Origin: Leucoraja erinacea
Lineage: Eukaryota
Direction of reading: 5' to 3'
DNA: 64,000 nucleotides
NCBI RefSeq assembly: GCF_028641065.1
Contig: NC_073396.1
Coordinates: 558,001-622,000, forward strand
Position numbers and translations under genes: made by a program. Below, piece after piece: positions 49,301 to 59,800 of the stretch (position 1 is its first letter; every line of letters begins with the position of its first letter). The notes beneath the pieces are model-generated. The model made no database searches. It was not told the origin of the DNA and saw only the letters and a program-made list of their open reading frames with translations.

Positions 49301-50661
49301 AATAATTACTTTTCAAGAATTTGCATGTTAATCCTGTTAACATTTCCTTTGTATATGACAATTTTTCAATGCATTTTTGGACTTTCTGCATGAATATTTC
49401 GGTATTTAACCAAAAATATTAAGGTCCATAATTGCAAATAGAATTACCATGTGGCTGCAGTTATGAATTGTTTTCTGGGGATAAGCAAGCTAACTCTCTG
49501 AACCTTTCCTCACATTAGGTATAGCATTGCTAATATAGATTCTGCAGAATCTTGTTAACTAATATCCAATCATAATGAAAATGTATTTTAATTATCATAA
49601 TAAAATTGTACTTTAATATTTTTGCCACATTCGGAAAGAAACCAAGGTATGCATTCTAATTGTAATTGAGAGAGACAAGTAGAAAAATGTTCCCCAGTTT
49701 TGAACATTTACGGAGAATTGAGTTGTGCTCTCTTCAGGGTAGGCTTTTAAAATTGAAGCTCTTTATCAGAACATGATAAAGTCCCTGTATATTTTGACAT
49801 TGATCTTGTGGGATTAGTGAAGAACTTTTTGTGTTGAAAGCTTAGAAATTAGGAATAATTGTGGAAAGGCTGAAATACTTATGTCAATAAAATAGGGATG
49901 GTTGTGAATGGAGTGTAGGCGGGAGAAAGATTGGAACTATTAGTGAGAGAATGTAACTGTCACTCAACCTGTGAATCAATCCTACATCACACTACGCATG
50001 CTTTACTAACACGACCATTCCAAGCATCTGCATTAGGTCTGTCTCAATCAGTACGGGCACACGCGGGGTGATCAAATTGTCTGTGTTCCTAGTGTATCCT
50101 CCCCCTCGCTTCTCTCACAGTTTGTTCATTTTCTGTCTCTCTTACTGCCCCCATTAGCCTATTGATCAGGTGACTTGCAAAACACACCCTCCCTCAGTAC
50201 CTCTAGTCCTGTCCATCGCCCCCACACCCAGCACCATCTCTCCAGCCAGCTCTTTAGCCCCCTGCTCTGCAACTTTTAACTCACTTATTTTCTCTCCTGT
50301 AGATCAGCAATCAACATCTATAAAATATTATTTTAGGTTTTGCTAGATTGCAATTATTTTGATTGATTTTGATTGGTAGTTTTACATTTCAATGCTCTTG
50401 TTAGTTATATGTTAATGATCTCTCATGTAGCCTTTAATTGTGCCATCTGCTGATTGGCATGCATTATCGCAGAATCCAGCTTGTCTTAAACCTTCAAAGA
50501 GTTATTGTTTCTCTGTAATTTAACTTAAAATGCAGGATTTGGCTTGTTAATTCAAAATGTTTTTTGTGATTATTATTTTATAAAGGAGTATGTCCAGGAA
50601 GAGCGCTGAAAACAAAGTCAAGCGTTACGACTCACTGAGGAAGCAACACTCCTTTGGATGA
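31186..50661 (+). CDS. CCP110: CCP110, centriolar coiled-coil protein 110 (13 coding exons; ~977 aa after removing 2 extra G in the 32211-32341 exon)
   Basis: Motifs MEDYEEFC...[44 protein letters not shown], RxL (KRKLDL), KEN, IQ-like AKGFLTRRL and QGQNAPV; splice phases consistent except the noted exon. Confidence 0.95.
32211..32341 (+). CDS. CCP110: CCP110 coding exon 2 ([11 protein letters not shown]...[14 protein letters not shown]), 131 nt with apparent +2 frameshift
   Basis: Acceptor gtttttctag; donor CAG|GTTGGT; homology continues in a shifted frame after GTGGGG. Confidence 0.88.
32536..32681 (-). mobile_element. Short retroposon 3' end with (GAA)n tail, inserted in a Penelope mini-element (32438-32772)
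   Basis: CAGAGATG duplicated at 32528-32535 and 32682-32689. Confidence 0.6.
33876..34094. mobile_element. hAT-type MITE inserted into a CR1 3' UTR
   Basis: Imperfect TIRs CAAAGGTTTCCAACC / GGTTGTGAGTCCCTG; 8-bp TSD ATCTAAAA/ATCTTAAA. Confidence 0.65.
34794..36497 (+). mobile_element. Tc1/mariner transposon, full-length, with inactivated transposase (from ATG 35324)
   Basis: TA flanks, ~225-bp TIRs with internal direct repeats CCATAATGTTTGG; [14 protein letters not shown] and SPNLNPIEH motifs with stops and frameshifts. Confidence 0.93.
36834..37035. mobile_element. Fold-back Penelope-derived mini-element with 14-bp TSD
   Basis: AAAATCACAAGTGC at 36820-36833 and 37036-37049; inverted arms; decayed hammerhead core. 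Confidence 0.8.
37614..39246 (+). CDS. CCP110: CCP110 large coding exon 3 (1633 nt)
   Basis: Inside the 565-aa ORF; acceptor ttttcttttcaag; donor GAG|GTAAGG. Confidence 0.95.
40626..40753 (+). CDS. CCP110: CCP110 coding exon 4 ([22 protein letters not shown]...EKLRM)
   Basis: Coiled-coil; acceptor cttacag, donor ATG|GTAGGG. Confidence 0.92.
41062..41400 (-). mobile_element. CR1 LINE 3' fragment
   Basis: Nearly identical to 28290-28540. Confidence 0.88.
42217..42376 (+). CDS. CCP110: CCP110 coding exon 5 ([12 protein letters not shown]...DGSHS)
   Basis: Acceptor catctttag; donor T|GTAAGT. Confidence 0.9.
42805..43682 (+). mobile_element. CpG-rich non-autonomous retroposon with LINE-like 3' stem-loop and (TTGTA)n tail
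   Basis: 3' TTTCATTTGGACCTT..AGGTTCAAATGACAAATAAA + tail; related fragment at ~43830-44000. Confidence 0.55.
44510..44631 (+). CDS. CCP110: CCP110 coding exon 6 (...SRLRTRRSQ)
   Basis: Acceptor tttttccag; donor CAG|GTAAGA; phases match neighbours. Confidence 0.85.
45789..45905 (+). CDS. CCP110: CCP110 coding exon 7 ([17 protein letters not shown]...QTVK)
   Basis: GT-AG, 117 nt, conserved calmodulin-binding region. Confidence 0.93.
46134..46235 (+). CDS. CCP110: CCP110 coding exon 8 ([10 protein letters not shown]...LQERVVAQ)
   Basis: GT-AG, 102 nt. Confidence 0.93.
46317..46433 (+). CDS. CCP110: CCP110 coding exon 9 ([13 protein letters not shown]...LRQM)
   Basis: GT-AG, 117 nt. Confidence 0.93.
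46871..46965. repeat. Poly-G / (GGT)n tract
   Basis: Long G runs. Confidence 0.9.
47468..47547 (+). CDS. CCP110: CCP110 coding exon 10 (...[13 protein letters not shown])
   Basis: GT-AG, 80 nt. Confidence 0.92.
47738..47806 (+). CDS. CCP110: CCP110 coding exon 11 (AAEMG...SETR)
   Basis: GT-AG, 69 nt. Confidence 0.9.
47888..47947 (+). CDS. CCP110: CCP110 coding exon 12 ([20 protein letters not shown])
   Basis: GT-AG, 60 nt. Confidence 0.92.
50586..50661 (+). CDS. CCP110: CCP110 terminal exon ([24 protein letters not shown])
   Basis: Acceptor ttttataaag; resembles recalled human short-isoform end LRRQHSLG; AATAAA at 50705 and ~51245-51393 downstream. Confidence 0.85.
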
Positions 50662-51610
50662 AAGGCGTGCAGAGATGCCAGACATTGAGAAAAATCAGCG
50701 TGTCAATAAAAAATACCAAAATGAAACAACGAGAGTCTATTGAAATAAATTTTGCAAGTGTCAAACTTTCTAAATTATCTTTGCATAAATATTAACAATT
50801 CCGTACCTCAAACTGAAAAAAGCATGCACTCCAAGGATTTCAAAGTGCATCAGTTAACAGCTAATTGCTCTAGTTGTTTCTTGCACTGATTTTATATATT
50901 TGGGTGGAAAGGGACTGCAGGAAATAATATCTCAAATATTGAGTTTTCTCTACTGTCTAAACTAAATGTAGAATCTTTCTTTGGTTTTACAATGCAGCTA
51001 ATTACTAGAAGAATTGACTTGTGAAATGCATTGCTGCATTTAAGTATTAACTTTCAGCCAAGCTCTGCAAAATGTTCTATTGTAACTTACTAACTTTACC
51101 TTTAATTATCAAAGCATGCATTTGAGAAAATCTTGCCATTGTTTTCTGAAGCATTGTAATGAATTCTCCCCTTGATAACTGAAAGGCCTTGAGTTCAACA
51201 GATGCCATTTCCAGTCAATGCCAATTAATTTTTCTTGGTTATATAAATAACCTTTTATGTTTAAATCACATTGTTTGTGCCAATAATTTTATTTTTATAA
51301 CGTTTCAATTAAGTATTTATGTTGTGCATGTTGCAAAATAAACTCTTTGAATATTATTTACATTATTATTGATGTATTTTACTTTGTAATAAAATACTGA
51401 GATATTTGAATCTTTTTGGTCTTCAGATTCAGCTGATTTAATTGGTTTCTCTCACCGTTCACAGGTGTTCACGGGTAACATTTACAGAAACAAAGCTTCA
51501 GAGAAAAGCTCCCAACATTTGCAGGCACATGTTTGAATATAGAATTGATGGGTTTTATGATAATGTCATTTTGGAAGTTAATTGTTAGACTTGCATTTGA
51601 TGGCAGTAAA

Positions 51611-52238
51611 AATTCAATTCAATTCAATTCAATTCAACTTTAATGTCATCGCACAAATACAAGTATCAGTACAACGAAATGCAGTTTTGCGTCAGTCCGT
51701 AGTAGTTGTACATAAAGAGAAAAAAAACAAGAAAAAAATAGAAAGAGAGAAGATACAGAATAATCAGGAAATACAGAATGATTAAACAAAGGGGGACGGA
51801 GGGACCAGAGAAATCTATCGTCGGGACTCCGAGTTCAGCAGTGTGATTGTGTTGTTATAGAAGCTTTTCCTCATCCTGCTGGTACGTGACCTGAGGCTCC
51901 TGTACCGCCTCCCTGATGGGAGGAGGGCAAACAGTCCATGGTTGGGGTGTGAGGGGTCTTTGATGATCTTCCCAGCCCGTCTCAGACACCGTTTTCGGTG
52001 GAGGGCATCCATGGCAGGGAGCGGGGCACCGATGATGTGCTGCGCGGTTTTCACCACCCGTTGTAGTGCTTTCCTGTCCGCAGCAGTGCAGCTGCTGTAC
52101 CATACCGTGAAGCAGGTGGTCAGGATACTCTCTATGGTACAGCGGTAAAAGTTGGTCAGGATCTGGGGGGACAGGTGGGCTTTCTTGAGCCTCCTAAGGA
52201 AGTAAAGGCGCTGCTGTGCCTTTTTGATCAGCTTGGAA
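51611..52238 (-). mobile_element. Rex1/Babar LINE 3' fragment with (TTGAA)n tail
   Basis: KAQQRLYFLRRL, IIKDPSHPNHGLF.LLPSGRRYRS...RTSR...SF. Confidence 0.9.
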
Positions 52239-53010
52239 GCTATATTTTAACGGAATACTATACAGAAAAGAGGATCTTTTGTTTGGTCTGTACCTGTTGG
52301 CAGTGGTTGGAAAATTGCTAGCAGACCCATGCCTGTGTCAAGATGGCCACAACGAGTGAGGGATTCTCATTCTGTAAACCCAACATGAATCTTTCTGGAG
52401 AATACATATGGAATGTACGGCTTGATGTTCTTTGTGAATCTTCAGCCCATGGCATTTCCATTTGACGGGTATCAGATGGATTGCTATTATGAATCAAGAT
52501 GCCAAATCTGATTCTGAAAATCTTGCAGATTGGGTGTTGGCTTTACGTTGGTGCTGAGAAGGTTCCTGATGCCTCGTTAAATTCCTTGTATCATTCCACT
52601 CTTCCAGCAGTGGCAGATTTTTTCACTGTGTCTGTGTTCTCGCCCTCTAACTGCTCCAATTCACTGAGTGACCAGATAACCTTGGTGTAGCTTATCCCAG
52701 CCGTCACTCTGCTTTTACCAGACACGTCCCCATCCCCATGATAAGGGGTCAATAGCTTAGCACCCATGATATGATTAAAATTACTTTATTTAGGTAATTC
52801 ATTGTTTAACACATGTGTAGTTCCGAAGAAAAATGGAGGCAAATTGCAAACATTATTTTTGCTTATTCAGGATCTAATTTCGGCTGTCAAAATCACAGCA
52901 AAATTGCAGACAACAGAAAGCTGGGGGAATGTTCTAGTGAGGCTGACATTTGAAAGGGCTGGGTGAGCAAGGAGACCCAAACATTGAGGAAGTGTGATGT
53001 GAGGGGCAAA

Positions 53011-53450
53011 CGCTGCGGGGCAGTATGGAGGCAGCGGGGCAGTATGGAGGGGCACCGCTGCGGGGCAGTATGGAGCCGCTGGCACCACTACGGGGCAGTA
53101 TGGAGTATGGCACCGCTGCGGGGCAGTATGGGGCCGCTGCGGGGCAGTATGGAGTGCGGGGCTGCCGCTGCGGGGCAGTATGGAGTCGCTGCCGCTGCGG
53201 GGCAGTATGGAGTCGCTGCCGCTGCGGGGCAGTATGGAGTCGCTGCCGCTGCGGGGCAGTATGGGGTCGCTGCCGCTGCGGGGAAGTATGGAGCAGGATC
53301 TTTGGTATGGAGCCGCACCGCTGCGGGGCAGTATGGAGCCGCTGCCGCTGCGGGGCAGTATGGAGCCGCACCGCTGCGGGGCAGTATGGAGCCGCACCGC
53401 TGCGGGGCAGTATGGGGCCGCTGCGGGGCAGTATGGGGCCGCCGCCGCCG
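53011..53450. repeat. GC-rich minisatellite, core GCTGCGGGGCAGTATGG (19-30 bp units, ~17 copies), upstream of VPS35L
   Basis: Direct tandem repeat. Confidence 0.94.
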
Positions 53451-53800
53451 CGGGCTCTCTGCCCCGCACAAACATGGCGGCCGTCGCGGACGTGACGCGT
53501 TAACAGGTGACGTGAGGTGTGTCACGTGACCTAGCGCGGAAAGATGGCGGCCGTGCAGTGGTAAGGAGTTGCTCAGCAACACGGAGCCGGGCCCGGTGCT
53601 ACCCCCCCCATCCCCACACTGTCCCCCCCCCCCCCCCCGTTGTACCGCGGGCACCGCTGTCTCTCCCCCCTCCCCCTGTCCCCCCCCCCCCCCCCCCACA
53701 CACACCCACACCCCCCCCACACTGTCGCCGTTGTACCGCGGGCACCGCTGTCTCTCCCTCCCCCCCCCTCCCCCCCCCGCGCCGTCCCGTTGTCTCCCTA
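53450..53800 (+). promoter_or_regulatory. CpG-island promoter of VPS35L with CLEAR/E-box GTCACGTGAC (53521-53530), CRE-like and YY1 motifs
   Basis: Perfect palindrome GTCACGTGAC; TGACGTGA 53508-53515; AAxATGGCGGC at 53471 and 53541. Confidence 0.75.
53544..53560 (+). CDS. VPS35L: VPS35L exon 1 coding part (MAAVQW)
   Basis: aagATGGCG start; donor TG|GTAAGG, phase 2, matches exon 2. Confidence 0.88.
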
Positions 53801-56800
53801 CCTGAAGTAACCCTGATCAATAGAGAGGCTGGTCCTGATGAGACTATAGGTTTGTATCTGAAACAGTTCACTGCTCAGCTTTGGGACATCCACCGGGATA
53901 GGATCCTCTCCTGAGACACTGTTGTTTTTTCTTTCGAATAGGCTTTATTTTTGTTTCCTTTTCAGCAATAGTGGCCCAAATAGGTTGCTTTGGAATAGAG
54001 TCAAGGTTGTTCAGATCAAAACAAGGTGTAGCTGAGGAGAGCTTTGTGTTGTTCCTTTCAGCATGAGTTATGGTATCTGCACAGATGTTCAGTGTTGGTG
54101 CCTGCACATGGTCAAGCTTCAGGGGGAGCAGAGACACCAGACGAGCTCACACCGTGAAGATAGCCTTGCTCTTCTGTTTGCCTTTTCAGCAGAAGTTGCG
54201 TCCACTGCTTTGTTCTGTAAACTTGCCATATCCTATAAATCGTGTCGCATTTGGCGCAGAATTATTGACAGCAAACCATCCAAGTACTCGAACTATTACA
54301 ACAGAACAGCATTCCGGCCTCACTGAAGGTCAGTGTCAAACAAGGCTCTGTCTGTGCCCCAATTGCAACTTAATCTCTTGACTCATCGTTGCTCCTCACT
54401 TCAATGAATTGCAGAAGTGAAATTAATGTTCTTCAGAACTGATGGCAACTAATGTCACTGCTGTTGTGGCAGTGTGTTGACAGCATGTGTGTCTACACAT
54501 GCTTTATACACAATAATCAATACCACATACCTCTAGCAGTTTGCTTCCAATACATCACCTTAGTTTCTGAAAATAAAGGTTCATGGTGAGACCGTAGAGA
54601 ATGCACCACATCCCCAATCTTGCGATCCACCTCTGCAAAGGCAAGCCTCTCTGGTGAAATTCATTGCTGTGTGAATGACCAGCACAACCTTTAGATCAGT
54701 TGAGGAAAAGAATATCGATTCATACAGCATAGAAACAGGCTCTTTGACCCAACTTGACTATGCCAATCAACATGCCCCATTTACATTAGTCCCACCTGCA
54801 TGCGTTTGGCCCATATCCCCCTGAAGATCAAGACTTCAGGCCTGGCATAAAGATCCTGGTCTACTGTGCAGTGGTGATATGTGCCCTCCTCTATGCCTCT
54901 GTGTCCTGGAGTAAATATAACAGGTGTCTCAAGGCACTGGACAAACCTCACCAATGGTGTCTCTGCAAAATGCCCCACCTTCACTGGAAGGGTAAACATA
55001 CCAGCGTCCTTCTCCAGGCCTTCAGCACCATCACTAACACCCAAGTTGCATGCTGTGGTCTGTATTGGGCTAGCCACATGGTAAACACTACACAGCAGTT
55101 ATTGCTTACCCCAGCAGTGAATGGACAAATAAAGGGCTACATCACCTTGTCTTGTGGTGCTGATTGGGAGTTCAGGCAATGATGGTCATGCATTGCTCAT
55201 GGTTTGTATGTCACAAACAAAGAGCAGTTGAAGACAAATGGTCCAAGAGTAAACATTCAAGGATGTGTGTTCTTATTCTAATTGCTGACAGCTGTTGTGC
55301 CTTTAATTGTGGAATACCTTTGAGTGTAGTCCCCGATGTTGGGGGAGTCCAGAACCAGGGGCCACAGTTTAAGAATAAGGGGTAAGCCATTTAGAACGGA
55401 GATGAGGAAATACTTTTTCACACACAGAGTTGTGAGTCTGTGGAATTTTCTGCCTAAAAGGGCGGTGGAGGCCGGTTCTCTGGATTCTTTCAAGAGAGAG
55501 TTAGATAGAGCTCTTAAAGTTAGCGGAGTCAAGGGATATGGGGAGAAGACAGGAACGGGGTACTGATTGTGGATGATCAGCCGTGATCACAGTGAATGGC
55601 GGTGCTGGCTTAAAGGGCCAAACGGCCTACTCCTGCATCTATTGTCTATTCTTCAATTAAGATGTGAAAAATATATTGTTTTTTCTTCTGTCATTTTGTT
55701 TTGTGTTTTTGGTATTGAATTTTAATTTGCACCTCGTGGTTTAGGCTGTGCATATCTCACTTTGTTTAGAAGGCACACGCTGGTTGCCGTTTACATACTA
55801 GTCCTAGATTCCATGTGAAACACTTGTCAATAGCCACAACTTACCCACAGAAAGATGGGGCATCTGTGAGCTAATAAGAAAGGGAGTTTGCATTATTGCC
55901 TCAGAAATAAAAACTGGGCAATGGAGATTGATGCCAAAACTGGTGCACTCTTTCTAATTTGAAATCCAATGTTTTCCGTTCCCTGACAAAGGTCATAACT
56001 TCAGACATGGATGAGTGTAACTGCTAAAGTACCTTCACATAAAGTGCCTTCAGACTGAAGAAGGGTCTCAACCTGAAACGTCACCCATTCCTTCTCTCCA
56101 GAGATGCGGCCTGACCCGCTGAGTTTCTCCAGCATTTTGTGTTTACCTTCGATTTAAACCAGCATCTGCAGTTCTTTTGTTCACATTTAATCATCTTGAC
56201 TGGAACTAAGCACCACTTGCAATTGTGTTTCATAATACATTAATCGAGTTGTCTTTGCCTGGTTATGAATGTAGCGGGTATGTGCTTGGCTTCTGCATTA
56301 TTTATAACTGTTTTTGTTTAGCTGGACAGTTCACTTAACAACAGTAGAATTCACTTATTTATAAATGAGACTAAATTTCTACTAGTATCTTCGTTAGATT
56401 CTATTTATTGCAAATACAGCAGTTGTGCTTTGCTTAATCCGAGATATGTAAATGTCTTGCAAGATATGTAAAAATGAAAACTTGCACTTAAAATATCATA
56501 TTATCCAGGTAATGACAAACAAGTGTCTAGTAGTTGGAGACAAATTGTCTCTCGTTTGTTTGAAGACTGAGGAGGAAAAATAGTCCCTGTTTGAAAAGAG
56601 AAGTTTGGTTTGGATGAGAGGAATGGTTCTGCTCAGATTGGGTAAAAGAAGCAGCAAAGCAAGAATTAAGTGAAAGCTGAACACTGTACTCTCTGTTTTT
56701 TATTATTTTCCTTCAGGCATTCCAGAGAGAGGAATTATAAAGCAGAATTGGAAGCATGCCGTCTGGAGGCAGGGCCGTTAGAGTTTGGAGACTTCCACCC

Positions 56801-59800
56801 ACTGAAGCTGATTACTGTAGGTTCATCTACTGTACTATCTATCATCTACTGATCACCTGAATGTATTCATGAATGGATGAACCATCGATGAACGATATAA
56901 GCAGTAAATTAGTTTTATGACATTAGCCTACTTGCCACAGAGTCTTTCATTTAATATCATCTTGGCATAAATTCATGTTGCCAATTTATGCATGAAAATG
57001 TAAGAAAAGTATCCAATGTTTGAAACTATTTTGAAGTTAACTATGTTTAAGAAAATACAATAAGTGTGAAAGCTGATATACTTGTTAGGGCAAAGCAAAC
57101 AAAATGTGCTCACCCCTTTTAGTTTCAATGCTTGTGAAATAATCAGTAAATGTCTCAAGTTTTCAGGTTTTTCTTATTATAATGTACCCCTTTAGCCCAC
57201 GTGTCAATACTGATGAGGAAGTTCAAAATATATGTTGATAATTCACTTTGAAAAGTAACGTATGCATTTGGTGATTCTCTGCAGGTCACTGAATCAAAGG
57301 CAAAGAAAGTTGCCCGTAAAGGAAGTACTTCATCCACATCATCATCCTCGAGCAGCTCGGTCGTGGACCCTCTGAGCAGCATGCTGGACGGCAGCGACCC
57401 TTTGTCACTCTTTGCTGCAACAACCGATCCTCTCTCAGCTGCGGCAGGGACCACGGGGAAAACCAATGTCAGCACCGTGTTCTTAGAACGTGTTTGTAGC
57501 ATGCTATCTTTAATATACATGGCACTTTCAGCATGGCGTCCTTAGAACATGTTTGTACCATGATATCTTTAACATACTATTTGGACATTGTTGTCTAACT
57601 ACAGTTGCTCTAGCTACTGCTACTTTAAGTAGTTATTTGTGAGCAAGTCAAGGCTGACTGCCTTGGGATAAACGGTAAAATTGTTATAGTCATAGAGTGA
57701 TACAGTGTGGAAACAGACTCTTCGGCCCAGCTTGCCCACACCGGCCAACGTGTGCCAGCTGCAATAGTCCCACCAGCCCGCATTTGGTCCAACCTGTCCT
57801 CTCGCCCCGAAATATCACCCATTCCTTTTACCCAGAGATGTTGCCTGTCCCGCTGCGTTACTCCGGCATTTTGTGTCTACCTTCAATTTAAACCAGCATC
57901 TGCAGTTCTTTCCTACACATGTTCCTGTCTAACTGTTTCTTAAATGTTGGGGTAGTCCCAGCCTCAACTACCTCCAGCAGCTTGTTCACTCCTCATCCTC
58001 CTGCGCTCCAAGGAATAGAGTCCAAGCCTACTCAACCTCTGGCAACATCTACTGAAAACAAGTTCAGTTTTGGGATGAGGAGAACAAAGGGAATATCTCT
58101 GATTGGGGAAATGTAGCAGTCAGATAAATCTGTAGGGCACAAAACTCTCCCATATTAGGTAGCTTGCCAATTCTTCTCTTATCAGAGCAGGCCATTTCAG
58201 CATGAGTTGTTTTATGTTCAGTTCGTTTCCTGCTAGGTCTGCACATGTACACAACCTGACCATGTGTAACACGTTACACGGACAAACATGCGTGTTGTTG
58301 TACCTTCCACTCTCACTGTCATCGCCACATGTAACACGTTACACGACAGACACGCGTGTTGTTCCATGTTTCTATGTTCTATGTTCTAACTCCCACTCTC
58401 ACTCATTTTAACTCGTCTGTCGACTCCGATGAGAATCTATCCTTTGTTCTGCCCGTCCTCCAACACCACCTCTGCCTCTGAAAACAAATTGAATTTATCT
58501 TTCCCAGTTCTGACCAAGGGTTTTGGACCTGCAATATTACCTCTTTGCACAGATGCTGTCTGATCTGCTGAGTGTTTCCAGCATCTAGTGTTTTTGCTTT
58601 ACGTATCTATAGTGTTCTTTAACGTGTTGCCAGACATCTGTTTTATTTTTAAGCCGGACTCATGCTGGAAAACATGTTTAGGTGTTAATGACACAGTTGT
58701 ACATTTGTTTTCATTGTGTTCATATTAATCTCTCTTCTGAAAGAACAGCCTTTTCACAACTTGCATTGTAAGTGAAATGCTTGTCCTTGTTTTGATTCTC
58801 ACTTTTCCCATTGTTTTACATGGGCTCCTGGTAAAAAGCAGCGTGACAAACAGGAGGATGCAGGAGTCGGAACCGACTTTGATCTGTGGTCTGGGAAGCG
58901 GAGTTATATACTCACACGATACACAACCACAGAGAAGTTGTCCATAGTAAGGCTCATCTAAACAACTCTCCATCTGCTTAAATAATGTTTGGCTGCCTCA
59001 AAGTCAATAAGGTTTTACATTTAAGTAATGAAGCAATTCACAAAGTACCTTTTTTAATACATAATATAAATGAAACATGTTTTATATTGGCTGTTTTTCC
59101 TTTACAGAATTTATTCTTGGGATCTGAGAAAGGTAAGTGGCTGGAGTAAGTTTGTTGAAATGCTTAGTTTTTCAAGCTGCATTCAAAGATTCTGCTATAT
59201 ATATCTATTGTATTCTCTCACAGATAAACCCACAGGTCCTGGCTCAGCTGTTTCTGAAAAAGTGAGGACTCGTTTAGAAGAGTTAGACGACCTTGAGGAG
59301 GTAACTGATAGTTGTTTCAAATGCAAAATATTATGAGTTGTTCGCAGGAAGAGATTTATGGTTTTCCACTAATTAGTAACTATCAACAATAAGCAATTGG
59401 ACAGTGAGAATAATGATTGAAAGGAGCTTATTTATATTTTGACCATGTAAATCTCCACATTTTAAAATGCTTGTTGTTTGCATTTTATTGGTCTTTTAAA
59501 TATGTTAAACATTTTAAAGTTTATTGGCTCAGTGGAGGCGCCATGATATCTGAAACAATTAGATATGGGCATCATTTCAAAGTTATGTATCCCTTGTTCA
59601 GTGGAATCATGAGATACTTAACTTTAGAATTTGATTATTTTAAGGAAATCTCTAATTGCATTGAAGTTTAGTCTATTGAAAGAAAATAAAACAAATCAGT
59701 CTTTAGTTTAGTTTAAAGAAAACACATCATTAACATTTGCAGAATTTAATTTGCACCTGGACATCGAACTGCTTGTCTTTGGTTTGTGTGTCCATCATCC

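Noticed and set aside
52867-53914. Many overlapping ORFs up to 210 aa
   Set aside because: Products of the promoter minisatellite and C-tracts; only MAAVQW is coding.
58255-58365. Short duplicated palindromes (TGTAACACGTTACA)
   Set aside because: Two-copy local duplication with no further support.
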